Shown: piece after piece, positions 24,584-38,078 of the stretch
Layout: each line of letters begins with the position of its first letter
Position numbering within the stretch: the stretch's first letter is position 1
Source of the DNA: Setoptus koraiensis
Taxonomy: Eukaryota > Animalia > Arthropoda
NCBI GenBank assembly: GCA_048013815.1
Contig: CM106585.1
Location: 9,920,001-9,984,000, forward strand
Reading direction: 5' to 3'
DNA: 64,000 bases
Translations under genes and position numbers: made by a program
The notes under the pieces: model-generated
Databases searched by the model: none
What the model saw: only the letters and a program-made list of their open reading frames with translations
Told to the model about the DNA's origin: nothing

Positions 24584-24666
24584 GCCCCAATAGCCCAAAT
24601 GGCCCCAATAGCCCCAATATCCCCAATAGCCCCGATATCCCCAATAGCCCCAATATCCCTAATAGC
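24584..24666. repeat. 9-bp minisatellite (consensus SCCCAATAK), about 9 units
   Basis: gccccaata-gcccaaatg-gccccaata-gccccaata-tccccaata-gccccgata...; it generates the collagen-mimicking G-X-I and GLL ORFs on the minus strand. Confidence 0.9.
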
Positions 24667-25516
24667 GAATAGGCTGTTGCGGATACAATGAGGTTTTTCT
24701 CTTGCCAATGTAATCAGGGAACGAGCGAGCGGAGAGACAGTTTGACGGGGCGCTCCGCGGCCGCATCGAATGATCAAGAGAGCGGGGCCAAGAGTAAGCG
24801 GCTTGTGGCTTGTCGGGCGAACGTGCTAACCGACGAAACAAAACAAGCGCCTTCCGCCGTGCAATTGGGGCTGTAAATTTGGCCCCAAAGTGGTTATTGG
24901 AAATTGCAATCTAGTCGATTTGGTGCTGGTGCTGGCGCTGAGCGTTGCAAGTCGCGACTTAGTACATATCGACTTTTAAGCAAGCAAATAAGCAACTAGC
25001 TATTCGCCGTTTGAGCATACTGTCTGCACGGAGCGGCCACTAATGGCGGATTTGCATATGCCCAGCAGCCCGAGCAAAGTTAGCGAGTGGATGAGGAAAC
25101 AAGCGAAAAAAATGTGTGTGTTCGGTGCGGAACGTCGGCCAAACAACGCGGGCCCCGTAATTGTTTGCACGTCTCAGGCGCTTGCAAAAAGCGACTTGCA
25201 AAAGGCTGCTCGCAAAAAGTTTGCATTTTGGAAGGCATTACACGTCGCGTCACAAGTAATCTGTGTGCTGCAATTTCCAAGAGTGTGGGCGGCCGGCCCA
25301 ATCGGTTCGCGGGGCCCGAGAGAGATTGGCCAAGGGGGCCAAGGGGGCGAGAGGGGCCGGCGTCTTTCGGGGCCGCAACCACGTCGGCAGTTGCAGTGAC
25401 TTTGCACGAGCTTGCGACACTAAGACGCACACAAGAGTATTTATATTGGTTTAGGCAAATCTTCTCGGCCGCTCCGTATCTGGCTGCCGTATTGCTGTTG
25501 TTCACCTGTCTGGCTG

Positions 25517-25640
25517 GTTGTTGTCGTTGTCGTTGTTGTTGCTGCTGTTGTCGTTGTTGTTGTCGTTGTTGCTGTTGCTGTTACTGCTGCCGTTGCTGTT
25601 GTTGCTGTTGTTGTTGGTGCCGTTGTTGCTGCTGCTGTTG
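25517..25640. repeat. (GTT/GCT/GTC)n trinucleotide low-complexity tract
   Basis: Continuous degenerate trinucleotide run giving poly-Cys, poly-Leu and poly-Thr ORFs depending on frame. Confidence 0.9.
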
Positions 25641-28600
25641 CGCCCAAGACACATGGCTGGTTGCAAAATGCGCCGCCAGTTGCAAAAAGCGCCAACCAAG
25701 GCTCACTGGGCCAGCACAGCCACTGATGCATTTCTGGCTCATTCGCTCGCCCGTGTCAAGCTAATCATGGCAGCGGCTGAAAGTGGGGCCCCAGCGAGCC
25801 GACGCGCCGCCATTATGACCTGATTCGCGTGGCGCGCATCCACGGCACGTCCCCCGCCAATGCCAAATTGATTCTGGCCCGCGCTACCTGTCCACCTGTC
25901 CGCCTGTCTGGCTACTGGCCTGTCCAGTAGCTAGGTGTCAGTGGGGCCCACACTGTGGCAGCGCTGCTTAGATCGCTGGCCGGGGCCCAATTGAGCCTGC
26001 CGGGCGGCCGGCTTGCGGTGACTATCTCGGCGAGCAATCTGTCCGCAAGCAGCGAGTTGCGCCCACCGACTGCTGATTAGTTTACGCCTATCTCGCGAAA
26101 GTTGAGGGTGGGGGGGGGGCGCCCAACTTTCGCATGCGCCTCGCTCGTCTCGCAAAAGTGGGCCCGAGCCAGCGAGCGAGCGAGCAAAAAAGAAAACTCG
26201 TTGTTCTCGCCACCTTCATTATGAGCCAGATAATTTGAGACAGACGACGCGGGCGAACGTTGTTATCGTTCGCCCAGTTTAATGTGCCAGCTATGTGCAC
26301 ACAAACTCTCATTACATAACGGCAGCGGCGCCAACACCAACAACGGCAGCGCCAACAACAACAACAGCGCCAACAACAACAACAGCGCCAACAACAACAA
26401 CAGCAACAACAACGACGGCGCCATAACAAAGAGCGGGGGATCTCATCAAAGTCATTAAGCTGCCGGCGAGCTGGCTGTTTGTTTAGCTGTTAGCTGAACT
26501 CAATGAATATTGTTGCCCGCTCGCCGTTGTTCCAATGTTACCCAACTGAATACAAGTAGCGCCAGATAGACATCGCACGAGCGCCCCCACCGCTGGCTGT
26601 AACTGGGCTTGTGGGGCCCGACGCTGGCCGCCAGTTGGCAAGCTAGCCGCGTCGGCTGGTCGTTGGCGCTGCCGTTGCCGCTGTTGCAAGTGGCCAGCGC
26701 ACACAAACATGCAAACAAATCCACCGCGACAACATTAATAGATCGGGCATTATATGCAAATTTGTTCGGCTCCATTCTGGCCAGCCAACGATCCGCCGAC
26801 CAGTGTCCAGTGTGCGCGGCGCGGCGCGGCCTTCGGTCTGGCGCCTCTGTCCGGCTGAACGGCTCGTCGGACAGGCACTGGTGCCGATTCGGGCCGCCAG
26901 AGGCGCGCCGCTCCAGACGCCGCTCGAGCGTCCGACATATCACATGGTGAATGCGTGAATATCGGTCGATATTCACATATTCAGCGCTGGCAGCGAACCG
27001 AGCCGGTCCGAAACGAGCGCCATCCGCAGAAAACAATTCGCAGGCTGGCGAGCAGTTGCGACAACAACAATGAGGGGCCCTCAACTGCGAGCCCCCGAAC
27101 AAAGCGAATCGAAACGAGAATCCGAGCACGCAAACAACAACATCAGCAACAACAATAACAACGAGCGCAAAATAAAACAAATTGACCCGGCCGAGCCCGT
27201 TCGAATAGCGTGCCCGCGAGACGCGGCCGTCGGACTCCAACGGTTGTAGCGCCGTTTCAAAGTGGCGCCCCCGAAACTTGTCTTGTGCTGTGTCTCGCTT
27301 GATCGGTCGGCTCCCGACTGGCCGGCCATTCGCAGCTATTCAGATGAGCGCCACACAAATGGGCAAATCGAATCTTGGCCAACTTCGGACAAAACAAAAC
27401 AAAACGGCGGCCTCTTTGCAGCAATTGGTTGCAGAAATCCGACAAACACATCGCTCATTAGGATCAGTCTGGCGCGCCCTCGCTGATCGCCCTACCAAAG
27501 CGGCCAAAACCAACATTACCTACCGGCCTGCCGGCGGGCCGAGCGGCGCCTTTCGCGTTGTGGGCCCAATCGGTCGGACAAAAAATTGTTTGCCTGAATG
27601 GACCACGCTTCACTAGCCAGACCATTTAGGCCACTTCGGCTAGTTAGGCCGGCCCGATCGAGCAGCTTGGGCCGGTGCGCAAATAAAGGGCGCCAATTGG
27701 GCAACCTTCGCAGCTGGAATCGGGGCCAGGGGGGCCCACGGCCATTCGGTCGGCTTGTGCATGCAGCGGCGACTGGCCTTTCCACTGATATTTACTTTCG
27801 TGTGTCATGTAATGACGCCACCGCTAATCGGGCCCGAATTTTCTGTATCGAATTTCCAGTCTGACACAACTCCGTTTTCCACTCTTCTACACATTTTCGG
27901 CACAACCATTTCTGGCGTGAGCGTCTCGGGCGCCGCTATTTCGGGCGCAAGTGTTCGGCCGGCACCAACAGCGAGCGGCGTGGCAAATTGGCGTGGAAGC
28001 GACTTGCGTCGAACAACCGTTCTCACCTAACGCGACCCGACGAGAAGCCGGCCCGAGCTGAGCCGCGCCGCGTTTTACCATGACGCGTTTCACTGTGCGT
28101 TTCGCCACAAATTTTACTGTGTGTCTCACCAAACGATCCGCCACACGAAGCGGCCCGCAAGAACGCAAGACACTGTCGCAAGGGCGCAAATTGGCGTGCC
28201 GTCGCAAATCACGGGGGCCAATTTCTGGCCCGCAAAAACGAGCAGAATGAGTGTGGGCGCGACGAAAACGGGCAAAAAAGAATAAGGAATGAAGCATAAA
28301 GAAATTATTAGATTAAAATATACATCGCTGGCCATTGTTGGCGGGGTGCGCCAGTTGGCCGGCCGAGAATGCTGAATGTTGGGCGTTGAACGGGCCCGCC
28401 GGGGAGCCACTGTCGCGGCGGCCGCAGCGTGCGGAGAGCTAGCTTGCCGGCCGAAGCTGGGGGCTCCGACTGTGCGAAGGCGCTCGAGAAGGCGCACAAA
28501 TTATTTAGTTCAATTGGCGAGTGATAAGCGCCGCTCGAAGAACAAGACAACTCGAGCGAAGTGCTTCGAAGCCGAAAATTCCGTTGAATTGAGCTTATGT

Positions 28601-29770
28601 TTTGGTTGCTCACTCGGAATTGAGCCGGCCCAGTGTTGCGAGCGTGGCCAACATCAACAATTGCGACGACAGCGACGGCAAGCGCCTATTTGTGCGTTCG
28701 CGTTTATTTAGCGCGAGTGCTAAATAAAATGCGAATGTGCCAAATAAAATCTTTTCGCCAATTCGTCGCGAAATCACTTCTCTCTCGCTCGTCACGAAGT
28801 GATAGCGCGATGAAAGCGAAACGAGCAACGAGTAACCGAAATTGAGCGACTTTGCGTGCAACGTGAAAAGATGGCCAAGATAAATGAAATTAGGCAGCGA
28901 AAAGGCGCCCGGCTTTTGCAGCGTCACAAGTGGGGCCCAGCTCCGATTTGATTTGCGGGCCCGCTAGCGTGAGACTTCATCATTTGATGCCAGCCGATCC
29001 GTTAATACTGAGCCCCTGTGCCTGGCCTCTGTTTTATCATTCCAATTTAATCTCTGATCCATCAATTGATTCAATTCAATTTAGCGGCTCAACTCGGGCC
29101 GGCCTCATATTACTGCTCGGTCGCCTTATTGCTCAAATGTGCCATTTAGCTGTCCCACATCGAGCAATATGCGGCGGCCGCCGCCGCCGCCGCTATCACA
29201 GCCGATAGATAGTGACACATAGCGATTTGTGACATAGGGGCGTTCGCGCACACACGCACTCGCCAAGGGCGCATGTCAGATATGGCCGCGCGTCCATTTG
29301 TCTCGTGCGTGCCGGGCGACAGGGGGCCCCAGAGGCTCAGTTGGCTCGAGTCGCGTCCACTGTTTGCACTGTTTATCTGCACCATTTATCAGCAGCGATC
29401 GAGCAATCGTGTCTATGTGTGTTTGAGGCGTTCTCTCACCAGACCAGCGGCCCCGCAAATCAGTGCCAGCCGATAACCAGCCCAGTCAGAGAAGATAAAT
29501 ATGGCCGAACAGAGCAGCCAGTGAGAACAGCAAGCTACATCACAAGTTGGCCGGCCAATCACCGGCGAGCAGCAACATAAAGTGCAAGCAACAAACTTTT
29601 GTGGCGCAAACAACAAGATTAAGTCATCAAAGAGGCGACAGCAGCAGACACAAGAGAAGCCAGATAAAAGTTTTGGGCACAGCAAAAAGTGAAAATTCCA
29701 ACAGAGCGAGCCTTGTAAAAAGCCTTCGAATAGCCAAAACAACGAAAACGAATCTCTTGCGCGACACACG

Positions 29771-32243
29771 ATGAGAGATAAAAGTCGATCAGGCGCAAAT
29801 CAAATCCAGCAACAACGCCAACAATCACGCTCACAATCGGCCAATTTTAGCTTGCCAGGCCCCGGCAAGCCGACGATGGCGCCCTCGGCGCTTGTCGCCG
29901 GAGTGTCGCCGACGAGCCCAATGACATGGGCGAGAAACGAGAGCAGCGTTGACAAATTTGCCACCCAATCGCGCCATCTGACCAATCGTCGCGCTGGCAT
30001 GTGGCGTTTGTGTGAGTTGAAGAAAGCGAGCATCACGCAGCAAGATTACAAATGTCGTCGTCGTCGTCGTCGTCGTAGTGGCCAAATCACAATCAAAGAT
30101 GAAGATGAAGATGAAAAATCCCTTCGACAGCCAGAAGAAACGATAAATCTTGCGAGCGGCGACACGAATCAAACGGCAAACGATGGGGCCGAGCGAGCTA
30201 AGGGGGCCAAACGGGCGAAAGAGGCCGAACGAGCGAAAGAGGCCGAACGAGCGAGACAGGCCGAGCGAGCGAGAGGGGCCAAACGAGAGGCAGCGCGAGC
30301 TTGCCAGACAGTGGCACGACAGGTGAATGGGGCCCGTGCGGCCGGAGTGTGGCAAGTGGCCAGCGCCGCGCTATTGGTGACGCTGGGCCTATTCAACGGT
30401 GCCTATATTAAATTGATAGCCAGCAGCAGTGATAGCATGGGCGCCTTGGCGTCGCCAGGTAAGTTATTATAATGGGCTGGATGGTTTTGTTATGTTGTTT
30501 ATTGCGTAATAAACAAAACAACTGGTTTAGTGTCAGATCATGTCAGTCAGCCGCTGTGACTGTGTCAGGCGGCCGACTGGCTGGCTGACACTGAAAGAGC
30601 CAGCGACCGATAGCCAGGCCAGGCCCCAAAACAGATGGGGCGAGGGCGCGCATTTTGCGGCGAAATTGGCCCATATCTTAATATGACTTTTGCCACTTTT
30701 TTCTCTTTGGCTCCTTTGTTTACATTGTTACCTGGCCCACGGACTGGCCGCCATTACCTCCTGACGCGCGATTACGACAACAACAACGGCAACAACAACA
30801 ACAACAACGGCAATGACAACAACAACAACGGCAACAACAACGACGCCACACAAACGACAACAATAACGACACCGCGACTAACAAACGGCCCCTACGGCTG
30901 CCCGCCATCGGCTGCTCAGATCGGCCCAAACTAATCCCGCTCGCCATTGCCGACAGTTATAGTGAGGGCGCCAGTGTAAATGTGTTGTGCACGGTGGCGC
31001 AAGGCCAACACGAATCGCTAACGTTTGAATGGTTCAAAGATTCAATTAATCTCAGCCAACAGCAGCAGCAGCACTTGTTTCAGACGCAACAAAAACAAAG
31101 CAACACCAACACCAACAACAACAACAAACTCAATTTAATGAGCTCTGGCATGCAGCAGTCATTAGCGGCTTCCAGTCAACAGCAGCAGCCCGGCAATGGC
31201 AACATAATCATAGAGAAACATCAAGATCATTCATTGTTGCGAATACCTAAAGTTGCCCTATATGACGCAGGACAATACAAGTGTCTGGCGAGGAATCAAT
31301 TTGGACAGGACAGCTCAAGCGTAAATTTAATAGTAGACGGTGAGTTTAACGGCGCACTCCATCACTCTGATCACCGCTGGCTGACTGGCCGGCCGGCCAA
31401 ACGGGCCCCACTGGCTTGTCAGCTCGCCAGAGTTTGGCCGGAGCGGATAAAGAGCCCAGATAGCGAGCGTATGCAAATTTGTATTATTTATTTAGCTGGC
31501 AACGCGGGCCAGTTATGCAACGGTTATACAACAGTTATGCAACGGTTACGCAAGCCGGCTTGCGTGCAGCATGACCGTGCCGCGTCGCCACGCTCGGGGC
31601 CCCAAAAGGGCAGCACATTAGCAGCAGTCTGTCATACAAACAGAGTTGTCGCTCACAACTCACGCCAGCGACACCATTTATTCATTTAAAACTGACACTC
31701 TCTCTCTCTCGATTGTCTCTCTCTCTCTCTCTCTCTCTCTCGTTGCTCTCTTGTTTTATCCGCCGCTTCCTTTTGGGGCCCGGCTGCGGACACTGGCTGG
31801 CGCAATGACACAATGACACAACGACGCAACGACGCGCGACAAACTGACCGACAAATCGACGGCACCAAATAATAACATAATAACAACAACAACAACAACA
31901 ACGACGACGCTTCCAGTCAAGCTGAGCTGGCTGAAGGAGCCCAAAGACACAATAGTGAGCCTGAATCAGGACATCAGCGTCGATTGTCTGGCCCAGAGCG
32001 AGCCCAGACCCAAAATCAGATGGCAACGGCTGACCGGTGCTCTAACAAATGGCCCGCTGGGCCCACTCAAGGGTGTCACACAGGCCAACGGGGCCCTGTC
32101 GCTGGCAGCCAGTCAAGTGGTAAGTTCCAACAGATTCTTGAATATATCGAGGGCCTCGCGAGCCGACAGCGGCCTGTACGAGTGCGTAGCAAGTAACAAT
32201 CGCGACAAGGATCTCAGGAAAGTCATACAAGTGCACGTCAGAG
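29771..32243 (+). CDS. Two-Ig-domain Dscam-like (Ig7-Ig8-type) cell-surface or secreted protein; exons 29771-30458, 30920-31339, 31917-32243; 3' end unresolved
   Basis: Phase-1 junctions CCAG|gtaagt 30459, ctcag|AT 30920, GACG|gtgagt 31340, ttccag|TC 31917 and AGAG|gtaggt 32244 all keep frame. Ig A: DRPKLIPL...VLCTVAQG...FEWFKD...SLLRIPKV...DAGQYKCLARNQFGQDS. Ig B: VKLSWLKEPKD...VDCLAQSEPRPKIRWQR...LNISRASRADSGLYECVASN. Hydrophobic segment at the end of exon 1. The Dscam Ig7/Ig8 assignment is from motif recollection. Confidence 0.8.
30187..30290 (+). repeat. Coding 18-bp (2 x 9-bp) tandem repeat encoding an ERAK(E/G)A charged helix
   Basis: gaacgagcg-aaagaggcc units translate as AERAKGAKRAKEAERAKEAERARQAERARGAKRE within exon 1 of the Ig gene. 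Confidence 0.8.
31698..31741. repeat. (CT)n microsatellite in the Ig-gene intron
   Basis: Two CT runs separated by gattgt. Confidence 0.9.
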
Positions 32244-35200
32244 GTAGGTGGCCCACTTTTATACCCAGACATACACGCCAATGCATTAGCATATTACCCC
32301 TACCCCTACCCCAATTCTCTCTACCCACACTCGAGCCCACACTACCCATGCTAGATTGGGACAGGTCAGGTAAGGTTGTGTCGCCGTGTCAATGGTCCTC
32401 CAACAGTACGTGTCAACAGTACGTGTCAACAGCACGTGGTGCCAGTTGTGTCGGAAAACAATTGTGCAGCCGTCAATTGTGGTTACAATCATCAATTACA
32501 AGACGAGAGACAATCAATCAATTAATTTATCGATTAATTAAGTTGGTTCAAACAATAAATCAAATGCTACTGCTCGTCGTGTTCAATCATTGTTTTTTGT
32601 GTAACTTTTGTCTAATTTTTATTAGCGGTTAAATCATTGATTCAATGCAATATGTACATGTTATTCTAAACTGATCCAATGCCTTACGACGACACGTCTT
32701 TTTCCTGTGCTCGTGTCGTTTTCGTGTCATCGGCGTGTTGTCACCGGTGGCGACAAAAATTAAACATTTACAAAATCTCAAAGTTGCCTTATACAAGCCT
32801 ACTTATAAGAGTGCTGGTGTGTGTGTGTGTGTGTGTGTTTTTTTTTTCAAAGCTCCAGTGCAATTTTGTATTTGTGTTTGTGCATTTTATCTGCTAATAC
32901 GTGTGCTTGTGATACATGTTGTGTAATATGTAAATGGGGGATATCACTATATCTATATAGTACAAGTATGTAATGTTTACTTTTAAATTGAGTTGAGTTG
33001 TCGCGCGGTGGTGGTCATCGTCTAAAACTCTATTTATATAACTATATATATACTATACCCTATATATAGTCTAGCCACAAATAGCTAGCAAGTGTGTTAT
33101 GTAACAATACAACTGAACTAGCTAATAGCTGTAGGTATGCGTGTCGGAATAGGCTGACAAATGCAAAGTTAATCTATATTTTACATTACTCTATATATTT
33201 ACATTGACGACCAATTGCTTTTGTTTGTATTCATCGATGACAGTTGGCTGACATTCGTCTCTCATCGTTTACCATTGTCGCCATTGTTTGTCGCGCATTG
33301 TTTCATACGGCGGGCGATAACGATGATACATGTTACGGTTACATAATCGTCACGTTTCAATTTATTCTTGCTAGGCCACTTGTAGTGTCGTCACTTTGGT
33401 CGGCTTGACCTGTTTCGTTGTTTTTACAATACCTATCTTCATATATTAATCTATCTATTCATGTCTGTTTAATAATATCTATGTGGCTCGTATATTTTTT
33501 GGGCTTTTTTAGGATATTTGTGTAAAAATGTGTCTTGTGTGATTATGATGATCGATACATTATTTAGTTGTATATTTACAGGAAAAAAAATTACATTTGA
33601 ATTTTCGTTTGTGTTTATGCAAATGAAAATCCAATTTGTTTTGTCGACGATTTCGCCGCCAATCAGTCGCAGTCATTTGTGTCTCCATAAACACCTGTCT
33701 GCCTGTTCGCGTGTGTGTCGTCCACTTTTGAGTATTGCACTACTTCCGGCCTTTTCGCTACTTAATAATCATCAATCAACTAATTGTAGATCATTAATCA
33801 GTAGTTATAAATGGTCTGATAAATGGTAATAATAAATGGTAATAATTTACGATATTAATATAATATTTACAGGTGCTTGTTGTGTTACACCACGCTTATA
33901 AACAATGCCATTTCGCGCCCAATTGCCCAACTACTATCGTTCGTCGTGACATTTACTTAGAAGACGACAAAAATTGATTGCTAAACCGATCTTGTCAATG
34001 TATTTTAGTCTGTGTGTGTGTGTGCGTGTGTCGTACTTTTGATTACATTTGTTTGTCCGGTCGTTTGTTTGTGTCCAATTGTTGTGTAGTGGTGGCACAT
34101 TTCTTTCAATCTCTATTTCTCCATTTGTTTGCACACACACACAGTCAAATTTTCTTGCAAGGCAACATGATAATGATTTTTGTTTCATTTTGTTTTGTTT
34201 CGTTTCCTGTTTTGTTTCCGATTAAATGCCACGAAGAAGCCAATAGACCGATTAATCAATCAGTCATCAAACTCTTCTTGCTTTTTTGTAATGCTCACTA
34301 ATGGTTTTGTATCTACTACTCACTTCCGGCCTACTATTGAAACTACCACAGTCGTTTAACTTGTCGTCATAGTGTTTACGTCATCATCAGCATGTGCATT
34401 GAAAATTCATTCGCCTTCGTTGCTCATAAATTCAACTCTACGTGATGTGACGCAGCACTGTTGTTCCGCCTAATCGCTTCGCTCGCTTTATCCTTTTTCG
34501 TGCCATTATTCCTATGTGATATTATTATTTCCGTGTGATTATTACCGCTTCGTCGTTGTTGATGTTGTGTGACAGGCACAAAAACATTGTCAGACAATTA
34601 GGCAGGTTACAAAAACACGAGCATTGCCGAGCCTGTAATGCAAAAGAATTTCTTGACACTCGTTTCGGTTTGCTTTTTTTTTCATCGGGCGTCCTCGTTC
34701 TTTTTACAATTAGAGACTGGTCGCCCATCGAGCTATATACAATTGCATGTATAACCATTTCTATCACTCTTCTTTGTCTTTTCTTCTCCTTTCTCCTTTA
34801 AAGTGCATTTCGCTTACACGCTTGGGCGCTTGTTCGGACAGACACAATCTTTGAACATCTTTTGAGCTTATTTGTTGTATCACCTGAACCTATTAAGTTA
34901 CGGTAAAGTGGTAAGGGCCTACTGATCGTGTGTCTGTCTGCCTGTCTTTGTGTGTGATTAGCAATTGATAATAATCGTCAATCATTGGTAATTTCCGGTG
35001 GTGAATACATGTTTCTATCGTGTCTGTCTAAGCGATTAGTTCCAATTTAGCTACTGCTGCTAGAATGTCATATGTGGATATCCTCTTTCTGGGGCTCAAT
35101 TTTTTTCAATTCATTTTTTTTTTCCACAAGTTAGTGATTATAGATTTCTCCTTTTTCAGTTGTCGGTTTCATTCGGTTGGTTTGGCGTGTTTCAACGGGA

Positions 35201-38006
35201 TCCATGTGTTGACCAGCGCCGGAAAAGCGACCACGGTCGAGCGTCTCGACGCCTGCCGTTTGCTAGCAAATGATGGAATGTTACGCAATCACTGGTGTTT
35301 TTCGCCGCTGATTATAATATTTAATCAATTAAGACGACCACTTACGATGTGGATCCAGTTTGTGGAAAAAACAAACAGCGGGCTAGTATGGCATTTCCAG
35401 CAATCCTTTGATTTTACGAAATCGTCTATTTACACCAAACAAAAAGAAAAATGCCAAGTCTATTGTGTAATTGACTACTAAATTATTGTGTAATATGCGG
35501 CTAATATTATGATCTATGCGATAGTAATAATAACTGCGGCTGTGTGTGTGCTCAATTATGTAACTTGATTGGCGATACACTGCTTACGTGAAACATTTCG
35601 CCAGACGACACTTTTTGATTTGATAGTCAATCTTTTGATGATTGCTTTGTCTGTAACCTACACTGTACTCTGTACTGGAAATATGTGGGCGCGCGCGATC
35701 AGACTCGATCAAGTAATCATCATTTGGCCTTGCTGTGCTAATTAGTGAACAATTGTTGCTGTGATTTTGTTTGTTGCGCCTCATTGTTGTGTAACGTGTA
35801 TGTCAACGTTGTTTGTTTGTTGTTGTTGTATAATGTTTTTATGATTTCTCATCAATGCTATTTACAGTAATTGAGTGCCTGAATGGTCTGAATTATGTTG
35901 CTTTTTAACACTAACGAGTTTATGTGTGTTTACGGGCTACGTGCTACTTGTATCTACAGTATCTAAATAATAATTTTTAAATCCTGATAATATTTACACT
36001 GTAATATTGATATATATACACTGTATTTCTTTAGGCGCTTCTGGTTTTCATCGGCCCTGTTGTGTCAAGTGACTGCCACTGGCACATTGATTTTTCATCG
36101 ACCTGAGTAATAATCCCTGAGTGTGATCGCTATTCGATCGCTGTCTGTATATGTCGGTTGTAATAAACGGATTTGTTTCAACGGTGGCTTGAGGCAACTC
36201 AATTGTTTGTAGTGGCCAATGGTGAGGGTATTGTCGGTGTAGTCGATTTATGGGATGACTGAGAGAAACTGGCGGCCGAAACTGTGTGTTTTTGTACATA
36301 TTTTAATAATGATGAATGAAAAAAGAATGGGCAAAAGTAGGATTAGTCGATTGTTTGTTTGCGTGATAGCTGTGGATATTGTTTGTATGGTGCATTATGT
36401 ACTAGTCTAGAATAGTGAAGCTGTTGACTATTGTCGGATTATTGTTATTGTAATCGAGAGATCATGCTGAATTGGCGGTGCCCTAGAGCAGCTGTAGGGT
36501 AATTAATTAATAATAACTAGCTATCGGTGCTCTATGAGCTTGGTAATGATGGTGTTAGTGGTGGTGATCTATTGGTGTATGGTGGTGTTGTGTGTAATCA
36601 ATTTAATTTGGCGTTATGTAGTGCGGTCTGGTATGGTATGGTGAGATGATATGAGATGAGATGCGATGATTGAAGCTTGCATCAATTAATTAATCAATCA
36701 ATTGGTGCAAACGAGTAAAAAGAGATCAGGGTGAGGTGAGGTGCTGACTGGTCCACTACTACCAAGCCGATACTACTGCTACTGCTGTTGCTGTTGTTGT
36801 ATCAATTGTGCACGGTATATTCAATTGCGTTTTGATAGCGATTGTGTCATTTTCAATTGAACATTACATAATACACTGCCAATAATTAATTTAGTCCATT
36901 TTCGCTATCGTTACCGTTATCTATTTTGTTTGTTCATTTTGTCTACATAATTCATTCGATCTCATACGCATGTTTTAGTCAATTATTATTCACCTGGCCC
37001 AATCTGATTAGCCAGCTGATGGTCAGCTGGCCGGCCAAACTGATCCAAATTCGACCAATGCTAATCTATTTAAACTGTCACTATTATTAACAGAGGCTAT
37101 AATGCAACGGGATAATATGTACTACACTATATACTAATATCTATGTGTATATGCTGTGTTTAGTCGACATAGATTAAACTAAACATTGGCTGATTGAGGA
37201 CATAAATGATGTGATGGTCATAATTAGGTCGAATAGGGTTGGGATGGGCGATCAATTGGGGACAGGCAATGGCAGTCAGATTATCTATAGATAATTGTTA
37301 TAGATTATCATAGTTAGATGGTGCAAACTATAATTATTTAGTATAATTATCTAGTGTTAATGTGCTTAAATTGTTTTAGTTAAATGCTCACTGTGTGGTT
37401 AGATATTTCTGTCGGCTGCTGCTAAATCATTCATCAGGATTATTGGTGGTTAGCGGTTAGTCAAAATGTATCGTTCATGGATAATTGGTTAGTTTGGAGG
37501 CGATGGCTCAATGATAATAATAATTGTAATAATAATAATAATCAATTAGCTAGTTGGTTAGCGTCAACAATCACCAGGGATTTTTTGCGTCAGAGGTTAT
37601 TAATTGGTTGGAAATAATCAGTGCTGAGTGGCCGATAAATAATTGACAATTGTTATTATTATCCCAGATTTTGGTGATTATATAAAAACCAGTGCGTGTA
37701 ATTGGAACTTTGGGAAGCGCGAGCGACGACTAGTAGTAGTAGCGGTGGTAGTAGTAGTAGTAGCAAATTCTCAATGAGATATCCGTGGCGGAAATAGTTT
37801 GGCATCACATTTTGTTTCAGTTGCAATCAAAATTTGGCCTCTACTTGGGTATTCGTTGTTGCTGCTGTATTATGCATGTATAAACTGCATCCGGTTTTCA
37901 GTTGGTGGACGCAGTTAGTTGGTCTTATCTCAATTAGTTATTGGTTAGTAATCAATCGAGAAATGATTGTCTTTGGCGACATTAAGGTAATAAAGTGATC
38001 TCATCG

Positions 38007-38078
38007 TTTTCTCTCCTTTTCTCTTTCTCTCTCTCTCTCTCTCTCCCTCTCTCCTTCTCTCTCTCTCCCTCGCTCTTT
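38007..38078. repeat. Polypyrimidine/(CT)n tract downstream of NDRG
   Basis: Nearly pure C/T for about 70 nt. Confidence 0.85.

Noticed and set aside
24459-24777. Collagen-like G-X-Y or antifreeze-like ORFs on the minus strand
   Set aside because: Produced by a 9-bp minisatellite of only about 9 units; no signal peptide or supporting exons.
25087-25764. 225-aa Cys-rich ORF (metallothionein- or keratin-associated-like)
   Set aside because: The Cys run is just the (GTT/GCT)n microsatellite; other frames give poly-Leu and poly-Thr, and the flanks have no coding character.
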